From an uncultured SAR86 cluster bacterium (GTDB lineage: Bacteria; Pseudomonadota; Gammaproteobacteria; Magnimaribacterales; D2472): 64,000 bases of DNA. The translations under genes and the position numbers were made by a program. Below, piece after piece: positions 1 to 10,563 of the stretch (positions are counted from its first letter, which is position 1; every line of letters begins with the position of its first letter). The DNA lies in the NCBI GenBank assembly GCA_943789005.1, contig CALSSL010000003.1:67408-131407 (forward strand), in the 5' to 3' direction. The notes below the pieces were generated by a model. The model was not told the origin of the DNA. It did not search any database and was given only the letters and a program-made list of their open reading frames with translations.

Positions 1-1524
1 ATAAAACATAAAAGTTTCTATACCAAAATACCCCTCTTTCACCAAAGATATATGCGGTTGATCTATCACCGTAATAACACCAGGTTATTGCAGTAGAAAA
101 AGCAAATAAAAGTAGTGCTATCGCAACTAATTTACCACCATATTCTCCAAGGATACCTTGTGAGAAGGCTTTTGCAGTTAAGTTCAGCGGAGCTTACCAA
201 TGATTTTCCTTCTAATACAACTGATTCTAATATTCTTTCCATCAACTATATTTAAAGATCCTGTATATAAGTTTTTATCATTTTTTATAACCTTTATGTC
301 TTCAGCTATTGATCTGGAATGAAGAACTGTTATATCAGAAGTCAATTATGGTTCCATCTTCAATATAAATGGTTCCAGAATATTCTTTTACATCTGAATC
401 TAGTGATTGAACGTAGTTTGTTAATTCATTCATGTGACCCGGGTGAACATATGTTCCATCAGATATTTTCTTTCATCAGAATAAATACCATCAAGAATAA
501 CCATATCTGTTTTGGCAAATGTTGTATCAAATTTCTGTCAGTCCAAACTCCGCTTGATAAGATAACTAAGAGCCGTAACACTACACACAACTATAGTATC
601 TATAAATGGTTCTAATATTGATACAACTCCTTGATCAATTGATGTATTTTTTGATGATGCATGAGCAATTGGTGATGAGCCTTGGCCTGCTTCATTTGAA
701 TACAATCCTCTTGCAACACCATATTTCAAGCTCATAGCAAAACTAGCACCAAGAAAACCACCAACTGCGGCAGATCCTGTAAATACTTGAGAGAAAATAG
801 CATTAAATGATGGAATAATATTCTGATAATTTTCTATAAGGATTATTAAGGCTCCTCCAAAATAAATCAGTCCCATTATTGGAATGATCTTACTAGCAAC
901 AGAAGCTATTCTTTTTATACCTCCAATTATAATTACCCATAATAAGGCACCCAGAAATAATCCAGTAAATAGTTTTGGTACTGAAAACTCTGTATTCATT
1001 ACTAGCGCTATGTTATTGATTTGCGGCATATTTCCTGAGCCAATTGCAGTAATCATCATTAAAAATGCAAAAAGGATTCCAGCCCATTTCATATTTAATG
1101 CATGTTCAATATAATACATAGGTCCACCAGATATAGAGCCATCATCTAGTTTTGTTCTATATTTATGGCCCATAGTTACTTCCACAAATTTTGTTGTCAT
1201 TCCAAATATTGCTGTTATCCACATCCAAAATATTGCCGCAGGGCCTCCAGTCCATATTGCAAGTGCTACTCCACCAATATTACCAGTACCGACCGCACCA
1301 GACATTGCAGTTGTTAGGGCTTCAAATCCAGTAGTTTCGCCCTCTTCATCTGATTTATTATTTTTACCTGATACTAATTTCCATGCTTTACCAAAAAATC
1401 TAAATTGAGGAAAACCAAGATAAATAGTAAAAAATATTCCGGTTCCAACCAGTAAGATTGGAAACCACCAAGATCCACTTAAGTTACTATCAAGAAGTAA
1501 TAAAAAATCATTAAATTGTGTCAT
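1..1524 (-). pseudogene. Alanine/glycine:cation symporter (AGCS family), frame-disrupted, runs off the left edge
   Basis: ORF 538..1524 is an intact N-terminal 328 aa with AGCS-type segments ([34 protein letters not shown]). Hand translation of 1..190 gives the family C-terminal block LTAKAFSQGILGEYGGKLVAIALLLFAFSTAITWCYYGDR in another frame. 190..580 is readable only with at least 4 frame changes. Confidence 0.7.
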
Positions 1525-1526
1525 TG

Positions 1527-1757
1527 TTATTCCTTATTTTTTGACCAAGTTTCTAACTCTGTGTATCCACCAATATCACTTCCATCAATTTTAATTTGTG
1601 GAAAGGTTCTAGCTGTTGGAAAAATATTAAAAAACTCATCTCTAGAGAAATCTTTATCCAGCTCTTTGTAAGAATATTTATACCCCTGTCTTTCGCACAA
1701 AGCTTTTGCTTTATCGCAATATGGACAAAATGTTTTTCCGTATATTTCAATCATCAT
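1527..1757 (-). CDS. grxA: Glutaredoxin (class I, GrxA-like)
   Basis: 76 aa with CPYC active site (FCPYCDKAK) and [17 protein letters not shown]-terminal motif. Confidence 0.8.
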   Translation of the reverse strand: MMIEIYGKTFCPYCDKAKALCERQGYKYSYKELDKDFSRDEFFNIFPTARTFPQIKIDGSDIGGYTELETWSKNKE

Positions 1758-1795
1758 GATAATATTCCTTTTATTGTTAAATCATTATAATCAAA

Positions 1796-2563
1796 ATGTC
1801 ATTATTTAGTCTTAAAAATAAATCAATCCTAATTACCGGTAGTTCTAAAGGCATAGGCAAGTCCATAGCTCATCAATCTGCGCTAATGGGCGCTCAGGTT
1901 ATTATATCATCAAGAAAAATAGATGCTTGCAAAGAAACCGCAAAAGAAATTAATGATGATATAGGTAAAGAAGTTGCATTTCCTATTGCATGCAATATTG
2001 CAGATGATGATCAACTTAAAAACTTAGTTACAGAAACCATACATACCTTGGGTGGAATAGATACCTTAATTTGTAATGCTGCTACTAATACCTTTATGGG
2101 CTCAATGCTTGATATGGATATCGAACAATTTGATAAAGTAATGCATAACAACATTAGATCAAATCAACTATTATGCAATTTATGTCTGCCATATATGATT
2201 GAAAAGGAGGATGGCTCGATAATAATCATATCTAGTATTGCAGCTATCAAAGGAAGTTCTCTTCTAGGTGCATATAATATAAGCAAGGCTGCTGATGTGA
2301 TGATTGTTAAAAATATCGCTGCAGAATTTGGTAATAAAAATATCAGAGCGAATTCTATAGCACCCGGTTTAGTAAGAACTGATTTTGCAAAAGGCTTATG
2401 GGAAAATCCTGATATATTAAAAGCGGTTCTGCAAACAAATCCAATGAAAAGAATTGGTGAGCCTGATGAAATTGCAGGAGCAGCTATTATGCTTGCATCC
2501 TCTGCTGGAAGTTATATTAATGGCCAAACAATAGTCATTGATGGTGGTACAACTATTGTTTAA
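1796..2563 (+). CDS. SDR family oxidoreductase
   Basis: 255 aa with TGSSKGIGKSIA Rossmann motif, YNISKAA (Y-x3-K) and IAPGLVRTDF. Confidence 0.85.
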   Translation: MSLFSLKNKSILITGSSKGIGKSIAHQSALMGAQVIISSRKIDACKETAKEINDDIGKEVAFPIACNIADDDQLKNLVTETIHTLGGIDTLICNAATNTFMGSMLDMDIEQFDKVMHNNIRSNQLLCNLCLPYMIEKEDGSIIIISSIAAIKGSSLLGAYNISKAADVMIVKNIAAEFGNKNIRANSIAPGLVRTDFAKGLWENPDILKAVLQTNPMKRIGEPDEIAGAAIMLASSAGSYINGQTIVIDGGTTIV

Positions 2564-3537
2564 TAGATAGTTTTAATTCACTAAAGAAATAATTTAAAAC
2601 ATGTGTTTCATTGATTGATGTAACATCATATAAGTCATGCCTTAGATTATTTATATCGTTAATTAAATTAGAAATTTTTAATTTATTGAAATTTTTTGAA
2701 TTAAAAATTTTATAGACACCACTTAAATCTTCGTTCGTTATTCTGGCTTTTAGTATTATTTTATAAAATTCAACAAAATAATTCATTTTTAAGATAAGAC
2801 TAATATCAAGATCATTTAGTAATTTAATTGCTTGATTTTGATCTATTTTTAAAGAAATAAAATCTACTAAAATTGAAACAAATTCTTTATAACAATTCTG
2901 ATTATTGCTTTGAATATCATCCAATATAGAAAAAGGCGAAGCAAAACTTGGGAAATCATTTGAAGTGTAATCTGTTATTCCGTTTTCTATTAACCAGGTA
3001 TCAATCTTATTTGTCCCAATAAATGGAATATTTACTACCTGGCATCTGCTATAAATAGTTTGATTTAAAGCTTTTGAGCGACTTGTTGTCATAATGATAT
3101 AAGAAAAGGGAGCAGGTTCTTCTAGTGATTTTAGCAAGGCATTTTGGGCAATATTATTCATCGAATCTGCATTAATCATACAGACTACTTTGTTTTTAGA
3201 GATTGATGGGGTAAGAGTTAAAAAAGATACGACATCATTAAAACCCTTCTCCTCATCCCAATTTTTAGTATCTTTTTTTTGTCTTCTTATATCTTTGAGC
3301 AGATACTTATCTTTATCCAGGTAGATATAGATCAGGGTGATTATTTTTATCAATTAAATTTTGAAAATCATCTCTTAAATTTTCTTGGAAATTTGATATT
3401 ATTTTTTCAGATATTTTTCTTGCAAGTAATTTTTTTCCAACCCCCTTTGGGCCGTTGATAATTATTCCATGAGCAAGATTGTTGAAATTCAAAGAGTTAA
3501 AAGAATCAACTAACCAATCACATTTTTCGAAATTCAT
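2553..3537 (-). pseudogene. holB: DNA polymerase III delta' subunit, split into two frames (frameshift or assembly indel)
   Basis: ORF 3313..3537 (GPKGVGKKLLA, HPDL) and ORF 2553..3353 (NALLKSLEEP, TIYSRCQ) together make a delta' subunit. The frame changes right after HPD. It sits after tmk as in E. coli. Confidence 0.8.
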
Positions 3538-4127
3538 AAATATTCTTTTACTATGCTCACAATCTCTTGATGTATATCACCTATTTCTTTTTTTGCATCA
3601 AGAACTCTAATTCTTTTGTTATCTTTGCTTAGCTCTAAATAACCCTGTCTAACATTATCAAAAAAAGTATGACCAGATGATTCTATTCTATCTTTTTTGT
3701 CATTAGCCTTTCTTGCAAAACCTTCGCTAACATCAATATCTAATAAGAATGTAATATTGGGAACAGGACATTCTATAAATTCTATTAAACTATCAATTAT
3801 TTTTAAGGAAAGGCCTCTTCCATAGCCCTGATATGCAGATGAAGCATCATAAAACCTATCGAAGAGAATAAAATCATTAGTAGAATTATCAATTTTTTCT
3901 TTAATAAGTTGTGCTCGAGCAGAAAACATTAAAAGAAGTTCAGTTTTTGATGACAGATCATCATGTGAATTTAAAAGAATGTCACGAATTTTTTCACCAG
4001 TACTTGTGGATCCTGGCTCCCTTAATATCTCTGTTTTGAAACCTTTATTTATAAGATAATCATCTAATAGTTTTATTTGGGTTGACTTGCCTACACCTTC
4101 AATACCTTCAAAACTAATTATTTTCAT
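3534..4127 (-). CDS. tmk: Thymidylate kinase
   Basis: 197 aa with FEGIEGVGKSTQ P-loop and DRFYDASSAYQG. Start overlaps the mltG stop. Confidence 0.95.
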   Translation of the reverse strand: MKIISFEGIEGVGKSTQIKLLDDYLINKGFKTEILREPGSTSTGEKIRDILLNSHDDLSSKTELLLMFSARAQLIKEKIDNSTNDFILFDRFYDASSAYQGYGRGLSLKIIDSLIEFIECPVPNITFLLDIDVSEGFARKANDKKDRIESSGHTFFDNVRQGYLELSKDNKRIRVLDAKKEIGDIHQEIVSIVKEYL

Positions 4128-5074
4128 TTATCTAAACCTATCTTTTTAATCATTCTTTTATGCTCTTCATACGTTCTAGAGAAATGATGTGAGGTTGGCG
4201 TATCTGCAACAAAAAATAAATAATCACCAGGTGTACCCAATACAGCTGCTTCAAGAGATGTTGTTGAGACAATAGAAATTGGAGTAGGAGGTAAACCTTC
4301 GATCATATATGTATTGTATCTATTATTTTTATCAAGAATATCAGTTTTTTTAATATCGCCATCAAAATTAGGCAATAAACCATAAATAATAGTTGGATCT
4401 GCTTGAAGTTTCATTCCAAGACTAATTCTTTTTAAAAATACACCAGCTATAGCTTTTTTTTCGAGATGATTTCCGGCCTCTTTCTCAATAATAGAAGCTA
4501 ATATTAAAGCTTCAAATTTATTTTTTAGCATATTTGATTGTGGCTTTTTATCCCATAAATTTGTTAGCTTATTATTAAGAATTTCATGGCTAGCCTTCAA
4601 TATTTCTGATGCTTTCATACCCTTCTTATAAAAATAAGTATCAGGATAAAGAACTCCTTCTTTGAATGGATAATCTGTTTTCAAGCAATTTAAATTTAAA
4701 CAATCATTTATAAGCAAACTATCATTAATAATTTTATCTAGATCAAAAATTGTTATTCCTTCATTAATTTGCAAAGACCTTGTGAAACTATCTCCTTTAT
4801 TAAAGGCATCAATGCTTTTGGCAATAGTCATTTGTGAAATGTCATACTCACCTGCTTTAAAAGATTCAATTTGATTCTGTTTGATATAGATTCTGAAAAA
4901 AAGCCTATTAAGAAAAGAATTTGGTACTAATTTTGAAATAACTCCATACATAGAATCACCTTTTTCAATAGTTATTAAGGAAACCGATGAGGTTGAATTA
5001 AGTAAAGCTGTGTATGGACCAATAATAGATGCTATGGCAACTAATAGTATGAATATATTTCTTATCAATAACAT
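4124..5074 (-). CDS. mltG: Endolytic murein transglycosylase (YceG family)
   Basis: 316 aa with N-terminal TM, LILASIIEKEA and YNTYMIEGLPPTPISI motifs. E. coli-like position before tmk. Confidence 0.9.
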   Translation of the reverse strand: MLLIRNIFILLVAIASIIGPYTALLNSTSSVSLITIEKGDSMYGVISKLVPNSFLNRLFFRIYIKQNQIESFKAGEYDISQMTIAKSIDAFNKGDSFTRSLQINEGITIFDLDKIINDSLLINDCLNLNCLKTDYPFKEGVLYPDTYFYKKGMKASEILKASHEILNNKLTNLWDKKPQSNMLKNKFEALILASIIEKEAGNHLEKKAIAGVFLKRISLGMKLQADPTIIYGLLPNFDGDIKKTDILDKNNRYNTYMIEGLPPTPISIVSTTSLEAAVLGTPGDYLFFVADTPTSHHFSRTYEEHKRMIKKIGLDK

Positions 5075-5093
5075 TAATCTATTTTAATCCCAT

Positions 5094-5129
5094 AAAAAAA
5101 CGAGATAACATATTACTATGAAATCTCGT
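5094..5129 (-). terminator. Rho-independent terminator after acpP
   Basis: Minus strand has ACGAGAT ... ATCTCGT hairpin (5100..5106 / 5123..5129) followed by a U-run (plus-strand A-run 5094..5099), about 58 nt after the acpP stop. Confidence 0.6.
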
Positions 5130-5187
5130 TAAAATTATTCTAATTTAGAATTGTTATTAAAAACTTAAATTATTTTTGGAATAGTTT

Positions 5188-5418
5188 TTAAGAATTTGAA
5201 TTGATGTAATCAACAGCTTCATTCACAGTTGAGATTTTTTCAGCATCTTCATCTGCAATTTCTAAATCAAACTCTTCCTCTAAAGCCATTACCAATTCAA
5301 CTGTATCTAAAGAATCAGCGCCTAGATCATCTACAAAAGATGAATCACTTTGAATCTCATCAATAGATTTACCAAGTTGATCGCTGACTATTTTTTTAAC
5401 TCTATCTTCAATACTCAT
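5188..5418 (-). CDS. acpP: Acyl carrier protein
   Basis: 76 aa with [20 protein letters not shown], including the phosphopantetheine Ser. Confidence 0.97.
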   Translation of the reverse strand: MSIEDRVKKIVSDQLGKSIDEIQSDSSFVDDLGADSLDTVELVMALEEEFDLEIADEDAEKISTVNEAVDYINSNS

Positions 5419-5490
5419 AATTACTCCAAAGTAAATGCAGCATTTTACATCGAATTATAAGAAGATGTACAACTTTTTAGGCGCAAAATA

Positions 5491-6207
5491 TCAATACATA
5501 AACAAGCCGCCATCTACAGAGATGGTTTGGCCTGTAATGTAAGAAGCATCTTTACCTGCTAAAAAGACTGCTAATTCAGAGATATCATCAACAGAACCTA
5601 GTCTATTTAAAGGAATGTCTTGTATGAGCTTCTCCTTTGCATCAGCATCAAGATACGACGTCATATCGGTCTCAATAAAACCTGGAGCAATAGAGTTTAC
5701 AGTTATTCCCCTAGAACCAACTTCTTTTGCTAAGGATTTAGTAAAACCACTCAACCCAGCTTTAGCAGAAGAATAATTAACTTGGCCAGGATTGCCCATC
5801 AAACCTGAAACGGATGAGATATTTATAATTCTCCCATATCTATTTTTTATCATTCCCTTAATGAGAGCTCTTGTAAGATTAAAGGTACCAGTCAGATTAG
5901 TTGCAATTACATTATCCCATTCATAATCCTTCATTCTTAAAAATAATTGATCTGATGTTATGCCAGCATTGTTAATTAAGATCGAAGGTATGAGATTATT
6001 TTCTTTTAAGAAATTCGTGCATTCGGTAATAGACTCTCTATTTGTAATATCTAGTGAGATAGGTATTAAGTTTTTATTTTTTGAATCAAATGTAAAACTA
6101 GACCTTGATGTGCCGATTACTGTATAACCAAGATCTGCAAAATTCTTAGCAATAGCAGTTCCAATTCCACGAGAAGCGCCAGATATAAATACTACTTCTT
6201 TATTCAT
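5491..6207 (-). CDS. fabG: 3-oxoacyl-ACP reductase
   Basis: 238 aa with GASRGIG, NYSSAKAGLSGFTKSLAKEV and IAPGFIETDMT, between fabD and acpP. Confidence 0.93.
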   Translation of the reverse strand: MNKEVVFISGASRGIGTAIAKNFADLGYTVIGTSRSSFTFDSKNKNLIPISLDITNRESITECTNFLKENNLIPSILINNAGITSDQLFLRMKDYEWDNVIATNLTGTFNLTRALIKGMIKNRYGRIINISSVSGLMGNPGQVNYSSAKAGLSGFTKSLAKEVGSRGITVNSIAPGFIETDMTSYLDADAKEKLIQDIPLNRLGSVDDISELAVFLAGKDASYITGQTISVDGGLFMY

Positions 6208-7124
6208 AATAATTGTTTTAGCTCGTCTTTAAATTTTAAATCTGTCATTGATAATATATTATTTATTCCATTAGTTTTTGCAAGACCGCTCAAAACCTTG
6301 CCAGGACCACACTCAATAACAAGCCCGTCATACTCTCTAATTTTATTCATAATGCTAACCCATTGAACAGGTTTAAAAAGTTGTTTTTTTAATTTTAATT
6401 TTATATCTGAAGAATCCTTGCAGTGTGAGGCGTCATAATTATGAAGTACAGTCATTTTTGGTTTATTAATTAAAATGCTTTGAAGTTCTTGCTCAAGGAG
6501 GTTAGCAGCCTCGCTCATTAAAGCGCAATGAGAGGCAACACTTACCTTGAGCTGAATACATCTTTTAGCTCCAGCTTCTTTGCATCTATCTGCAGCAATT
6601 TTTGTTGAATTATCATTACCCGCGATAACAATTTGATTATTCGAGTTTATATTTGCAGCGCTAACTATCTGTCCTGTTATAGCCTCAACCTCTTTACAGA
6701 TAGTTTTAATATTAGAGATATCAAGATTTAAAATTGCATACATGGAACCAGATTCTGCATTTTCCATATATTTACCCCTTTTATGGACTAAAGATATAGC
6801 TGTTAATAAATCAAAAGATTCTGAAGCTAATAAAGCTGTATATTCACCCAATGAATGTCCAGCTAATATATCTGGCACTATTCCAGTATCATTGATAAAT
6901 CTTCGATAATAAAGATAGGAAGTCATTAATATAGCTGGTTGAGTAATTGATGTTTGATTTAATATTTCCTCTGGACCATTTTTAATGTGATCGATAATGT
7001 CTATGTCTAAAACATTATTAGCGGCATTTGAAATTAGATTAATTTCTGAGGATGAAAAAGTACTCAACATATCTAAAGATTGAGAGCCTTGACCCGGAAA
7101 AAGTAAACTTATGTGCCTAGGCAT
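6204..7124 (-). CDS. fabD: Malonyl-CoA:ACP transacylase
   Basis: 306 aa with FPGQGSQ and GHSLGEYTAL active-site motifs. Confidence 0.95.
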   Translation of the reverse strand: MPRHISLLFPGQGSQSLDMLSTFSSSEINLISNAANNVLDIDIIDHIKNGPEEILNQTSITQPAILMTSYLYYRRFINDTGIVPDILAGHSLGEYTALLASESFDLLTAISLVHKRGKYMENAESGSMYAILNLDISNIKTICKEVEAITGQIVSAANINSNNQIVIAGNDNSTKIAADRCKEAGAKRCIQLKVSVASHCALMSEAANLLEQELQSILINKPKMTVLHNYDASHCKDSSDIKLKLKKQLFKPVQWVSIMNKIREYDGLVIECGPGKVLSGLAKTNGINNILSMTDLKFKDELKQLL

Positions 7125-7127
7125 AAG

Positions 7128-7337
7128 TTAAGCCTGTATATCTTCAGCCTCTTCTTTTTCAACTTTTCTTAAATCTTTTACAAGTCTGCCTTTATAAAAA
7201 CCATCTTTTGTCATTTGATGACGAGCATGTTTTTCACCTGAAACAGGATCAATAGATAATGTAGAAGCTTTTAATGAATCATGAGATCTTCTTTGACCTC
7301 TTCTAGATCTTGTAACTTTACTTTTTTGAACTGCCAT
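7128..7337 (-). CDS. rpmF: 50S ribosomal protein L32
   Basis: 69 aa starting [20 protein letters not shown]. Confidence 0.95.
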   Translation of the reverse strand: MAVQKSKVTRSRRGQRRSHDSLKASTLSIDPVSGEKHARHQMTKDGFYKGRLVKDLRKVEKEEAEDIQA

Positions 7338-7394
7338 ACTTACCCTTAAAAAAAACGTATCCTATCAAAATTATACTATGAATGGTAGAAAAAT

Positions 7395-8309
7395 TTACTT
7401 TAATGCATCTATAAGGTTTAAAAATAAATTATCTAATTCTGCGTTTATTGATATGAGTTTATTATCAGCATCAAAAAATTCGATTTGTGAAGAATGAAGG
7501 GCCATTCTTCTGATGTTTTTAGGAGCAATTTCTTTATTAAAATCTTTATCACCATACTTATCATCATTAAGTACCGGATGACCTATATGACTACTCTGAA
7601 CTCTAATTTGATGTGTTCTTCCTGTAAAAATCTCAATTTCCACTAAACATGATGAATTTAATTTTTGTTTGGGATTAAAAACTGATACAGATTCTTTCCC
7701 TACCTCAGATATAAAAGATTTTGTTGAAGATGTTTCAGATTTAGTTATTAAAGTCTTTATTTCTTTTTTAGTTTTAAGATGACCTTTTAGAATTGCTAAA
7801 TATTTTTTCTTTATCTTTTTATCTAAAAGTAATTTATTGAACCACTTATTTGATTTTTTATTTTTTGATAGAACAAGGCATCCAGAAGTTTCTTTATCTA
7901 TGCGATGACAAAGGTCTATTGAATTTCCATAAAGCAATCTAATGACATCAATAACACCAATGTTATTTTTTGTACCTCCATGAACGGCAATGCCGCAAGG
8001 TTTATTTATAATAATAAAATTATTGTCATCGTATAAAATACTATCGAGAATTGATTTTTTTAAGTTTTGATCTATTGATTGCTTAAAACTTTTTTTTTCA
8101 TCATTGTGAAGGTAGGGAGGAATTCTTATCAAATCTTTGGTTTTGATTTTAGTGTTAGGCTTAACTCTTCCAGAATTAACTCTAACCTCACCCTTTCTTA
8201 TGATGTTATAAATTTTTGATTTTGGAATGTTTTTATAAATAGACATCAAGTAATTATCTATTCTTCTTCCATCATTATCGTCATTAACTTCTAATATTTT
8301 GACAGGCAT
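7395..8309 (-). CDS. rluC: 23S rRNA pseudouridine synthase, RluA family with S4 domain (RluC by synteny)
   Basis: 304 aa with HRIDKETSGCLVLSKN catalytic motif. Divergent from rne as in E. coli. Confidence 0.85.
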   Translation of the reverse strand: MPVKILEVNDDNDGRRIDNYLMSIYKNIPKSKIYNIIRKGEVRVNSGRVKPNTKIKTKDLIRIPPYLHNDEKKSFKQSIDQNLKKSILDSILYDDNNFIIINKPCGIAVHGGTKNNIGVIDVIRLLYGNSIDLCHRIDKETSGCLVLSKNKKSNKWFNKLLLDKKIKKKYLAILKGHLKTKKEIKTLITKSETSSTKSFISEVGKESVSVFNPKQKLNSSCLVEIEIFTGRTHQIRVQSSHIGHPVLNDDKYGDKDFNKEIAPKNIRRMALHSSQIEFFDADNKLISINAELDNLFLNLIDALK

Positions 8310-8502
8310 AAGACAAATCTATAGGATATACGTTTAAATGACTAGATAAAGTAGTCAAATTTAGTAAAAAGAAAGATATATACAACAGTTTAAATACAAC
8401 CCTAGGTAGGGTTAATCATGTAAGCAAACAAAGTAAGACTTACTGATAGAAGCTTAACAAAGCACACTGCTGCATTATCTTCCTATAAATAGGGAGAATA
8501 AT
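8310..8502 (+). promoter_or_regulatory. rluC<>rne divergent promoter region and structured rne 5' leader (candidate)
   Basis: 193-nt intergenic with hairpins AACCCT-AGGT-AGGGTT (8398..8413) and GTAAG..CTTAC (8420..8443), and GGGAGA SD before the ATG. RNase E autoregulation through its leader is known in E. coli; I cannot test homology here. Confidence 0.35.
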
Positions 8503-10563
8503 ATGAAAAGAATTTTAATCAACTCATCTTATGGAGATGAGTTACGCGTTGCTTTAGTTGATGGTGCAAAACTATATGATTTTGATACTGAATCACCTGA
8601 TAAAGTTTTATTAAAGGGTAGTATTTTTAAAGCTACTGTTTCAAGAATAGAATCAAGCCTTGATGCTGCTTTTATAAATTTTGGATCTGAAAGACACGGC
8701 TTTCTTCCTTTAAAAGATCTATCTAATGAGTTTTATAAAAAAAATAAAAATGGTAAAAATGAATGCACTTTAGAGGAAGGTCAAGAGATAATTGTTCAAG
8801 TAACTAAGGAAGAGAGAGGAACTAAAGGAGCGGCTCTAACGACTCAAATAGGATTGGCGGGTAGGTTTATTGTTCTAATCCCAAATTCATCACGATCTGG
8901 TGGAATATCTAGAAGGATTAGTGGCGAAGAAAGAGATCAAATAAAAGCAGCGCTAGATTCTTTAAATATTCCTGAAAACATGAGCGCTATAGTGAGAACT
9001 AATGGTCTAGGAAGATCAAGTGAGGAGCTCAGTCTTGATTTAGCTTATTTATTAGCCCTTTGGGATGAAATCAATAATCACATACCTAACGCTAAAAGTC
9101 CTTCTCTTATTTACAGGGATGACAAACTAATTGTTCGAGTAGTAAAAGATTATTTTAAAGATGATATAGAAGAAATTCTTATTGATGACAAAGAAACATA
9201 TAACGAGGCTAAAGAATTCGTAGATGCAGTTCTACCTGATCATTCTGATAAGGTTATGCTCTATCAAGAAGAAATTCCTTTATTTAATAGATATCAAATA
9301 GAATCTCAGATTGAATTAGCATTTCAGAGAGAAATATCTTTATCTTCAGGTGGATCTATAGTTATAGACCCTACCGAGGCAATGACAGCTGTAGATGTTA
9401 ATTCTGCAAGATCTACAAAAGGCAAGGATATAGAAGATACTGCCTATAAAACAAACCTAGAAGCTGCAAAAGAAATTGCAAGACAATTGAGGTTAAGAGA
9501 TGTTGGTGGATTGGTAGTTATTGATTTCATTGATATGCTTGATACCGGTCATCAAGAAAAAGTAGAAGCAGCTTTTAGAAAAGCTGTTTATTCTGACAGA
9601 GCAAGGGTTCAGGTTTCAAGTATTTCTAAATTTGGTCTATTAGAAGTTTCTAGACAAAGATTAAGACCATCATTAAACGAATCATACGATATTGAACATG
9701 TTCTTGTTAGGGGCCCTAGGTCTCTTGGTCAATCAATTTTAAGAATTATTGGTGAAGATTCAGCAAAGGATAATACTGGAGAGATACAAGTTTATGTACC
9801 CGCTGATGTTGCTAGTTATTTATTAAATGAAAAAAGAAATGACATTATAAATATTGAAAAAACTAATAACATTAAGATTCTTGTTATAGCAGATCCATAT
9901 AAGTTTAGGCCATATTATAAAGTTATTAGAATTAAATCTTCGGATATAAAAAATGTTGATTCATATAATCTCACACCAAATAGTCCTGAACCTGATACAA
10001 GTTGGAGAGATGATAAAAACCAATCAAAATCAATGAAGCCTTTGGTTGATAGAATCAAACCACCAAAAATGCCTAAAAAGAAAAAAGAAGGTCTTATAGG
10101 TTGGATTAAAAGTATTGCTGGTGTAGATAAAGAGGAAAAGCCGAAACCTAAACCTAAAAAAAATAATCACAATAGTAATAGAAAACCTAGAAATAATACG
10201 CAACAAAACCAGAATAGAGCCAAGGCCCAAAAAAACATAAATCAGAACAAAAAACCTGTTCAGAACAAAAAACCTGTTCAGAATAAAAAACATGTTCAGA
10301 ATAATAAAAAAGTATCTGACTCAAAACAAAATGATCTTAAAGATAATGCAAAAATAAATTCTTCACCTAAACCTGAAATAAAAAATCAGGAACCTAAAAA
10401 AGAAGCTATTAAAAAAATTGAACCAAAAAAAGCTCCTGTAAAAGCAGAATCAAAAGATATTCCTGTTAAGAAAGAACCTGCTATTAAAGAAATTGTAAAA
10501 GAGCCTAAAGTAAAAAAAGAAATACCGACTAGAGCGGCTAATGACCCGAGATATAAGAGTTAA
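8503..10563 (+). CDS. rne: Ribonuclease E
   Basis: 686 aa. N-terminal catalytic half is typical (MKRILINS..., S1 domain, DVNSARSTKG, VVIDFIDM). C-terminal roughly 180 aa is a K/N/P-rich low-complexity scaffold. Confidence 0.95.
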   Translation: MKRILINSSYGDELRVALVDGAKLYDFDTESPDKVLLKGSIFKATVSRIESSLDAAFINFGSERHGFLPLKDLSNEFYKKNKNGKNECTLEEGQEIIVQVTKEERGTKGAALTTQIGLAGRFIVLIPNSSRSGGISRRISGEERDQIKAALDSLNIPENMSAIVRTNGLGRSSEELSLDLAYLLALWDEINNHIPNAKSPSLIYRDDKLIVRVVKDYFKDDIEEILIDDKETYNEAKEFVDAVLPDHSDKVMLYQEEIPLFNRYQIESQIELAFQREISLSSGGSIVIDPTEAMTAVDVNSARSTKGKDIEDTAYKTNLEAAKEIARQLRLRDVGGLVVIDFIDMLDTGHQEKVEAAFRKAVYSDRARVQVSSISKFGLLEVSRQRLRPSLNESYDIEHVLVRGPRSLGQSILRIIGEDSAKDNTGEIQVYVPADVASYLLNEKRNDIINIEKTNNIKILVIADPYKFRPYYKVIRIKSSDIKNVDSYNLTPNSPEPDTSWRDDKNQSKSMKPLVDRIKPPKMPKKKKEGLIGWIKSIAGVDKEEKPKPKPKKNNHNSNRKPRNNTQQNQNRAKAQKNINQNKKPVQNKKPVQNKKHVQNNKKVSDSKQNDLKDNAKINSSPKPEIKNQEPKKEAIKKIEPKKAPVKAESKDIPVKKEPAIKEIVKEPKVKKEIPTRAANDPRYKS
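10243..10314 (+). repeat. Four tandem 18-nt units (QNKKPV hexapeptide repeats) in the RNase E tail
   Basis: CAGAACAAAAAACCTGTT is identical at 10243..10260 and 10261..10278, with degenerate copies at 10279..10296 and 10297..10314. Confidence 0.9.

Noticed and set aside
319-1114. Plus-strand ORFs 319..615 (98 aa) and 884..1114 (76 aa)
   Set aside because: They are antisense to, or within, the AGCS symporter locus, whose minus-strand reading has clear family motifs. Their composition is low-complexity and typical of AT-rich antisense frames.
1553-1790. ORFs 1553..1750 (-) and 1596..1790 (+) overlapping the glutaredoxin gene
   Set aside because: They are alternative or antisense frames of a gene with an unambiguous CPYC glutaredoxin reading. 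They have no motifs of their own.
10030-10293. 87-aa minus-strand ORF inside the rne tail
   Set aside because: It is the antisense reading of the A-rich repeat region and gives poly-Phe/Leu/Ile junk.
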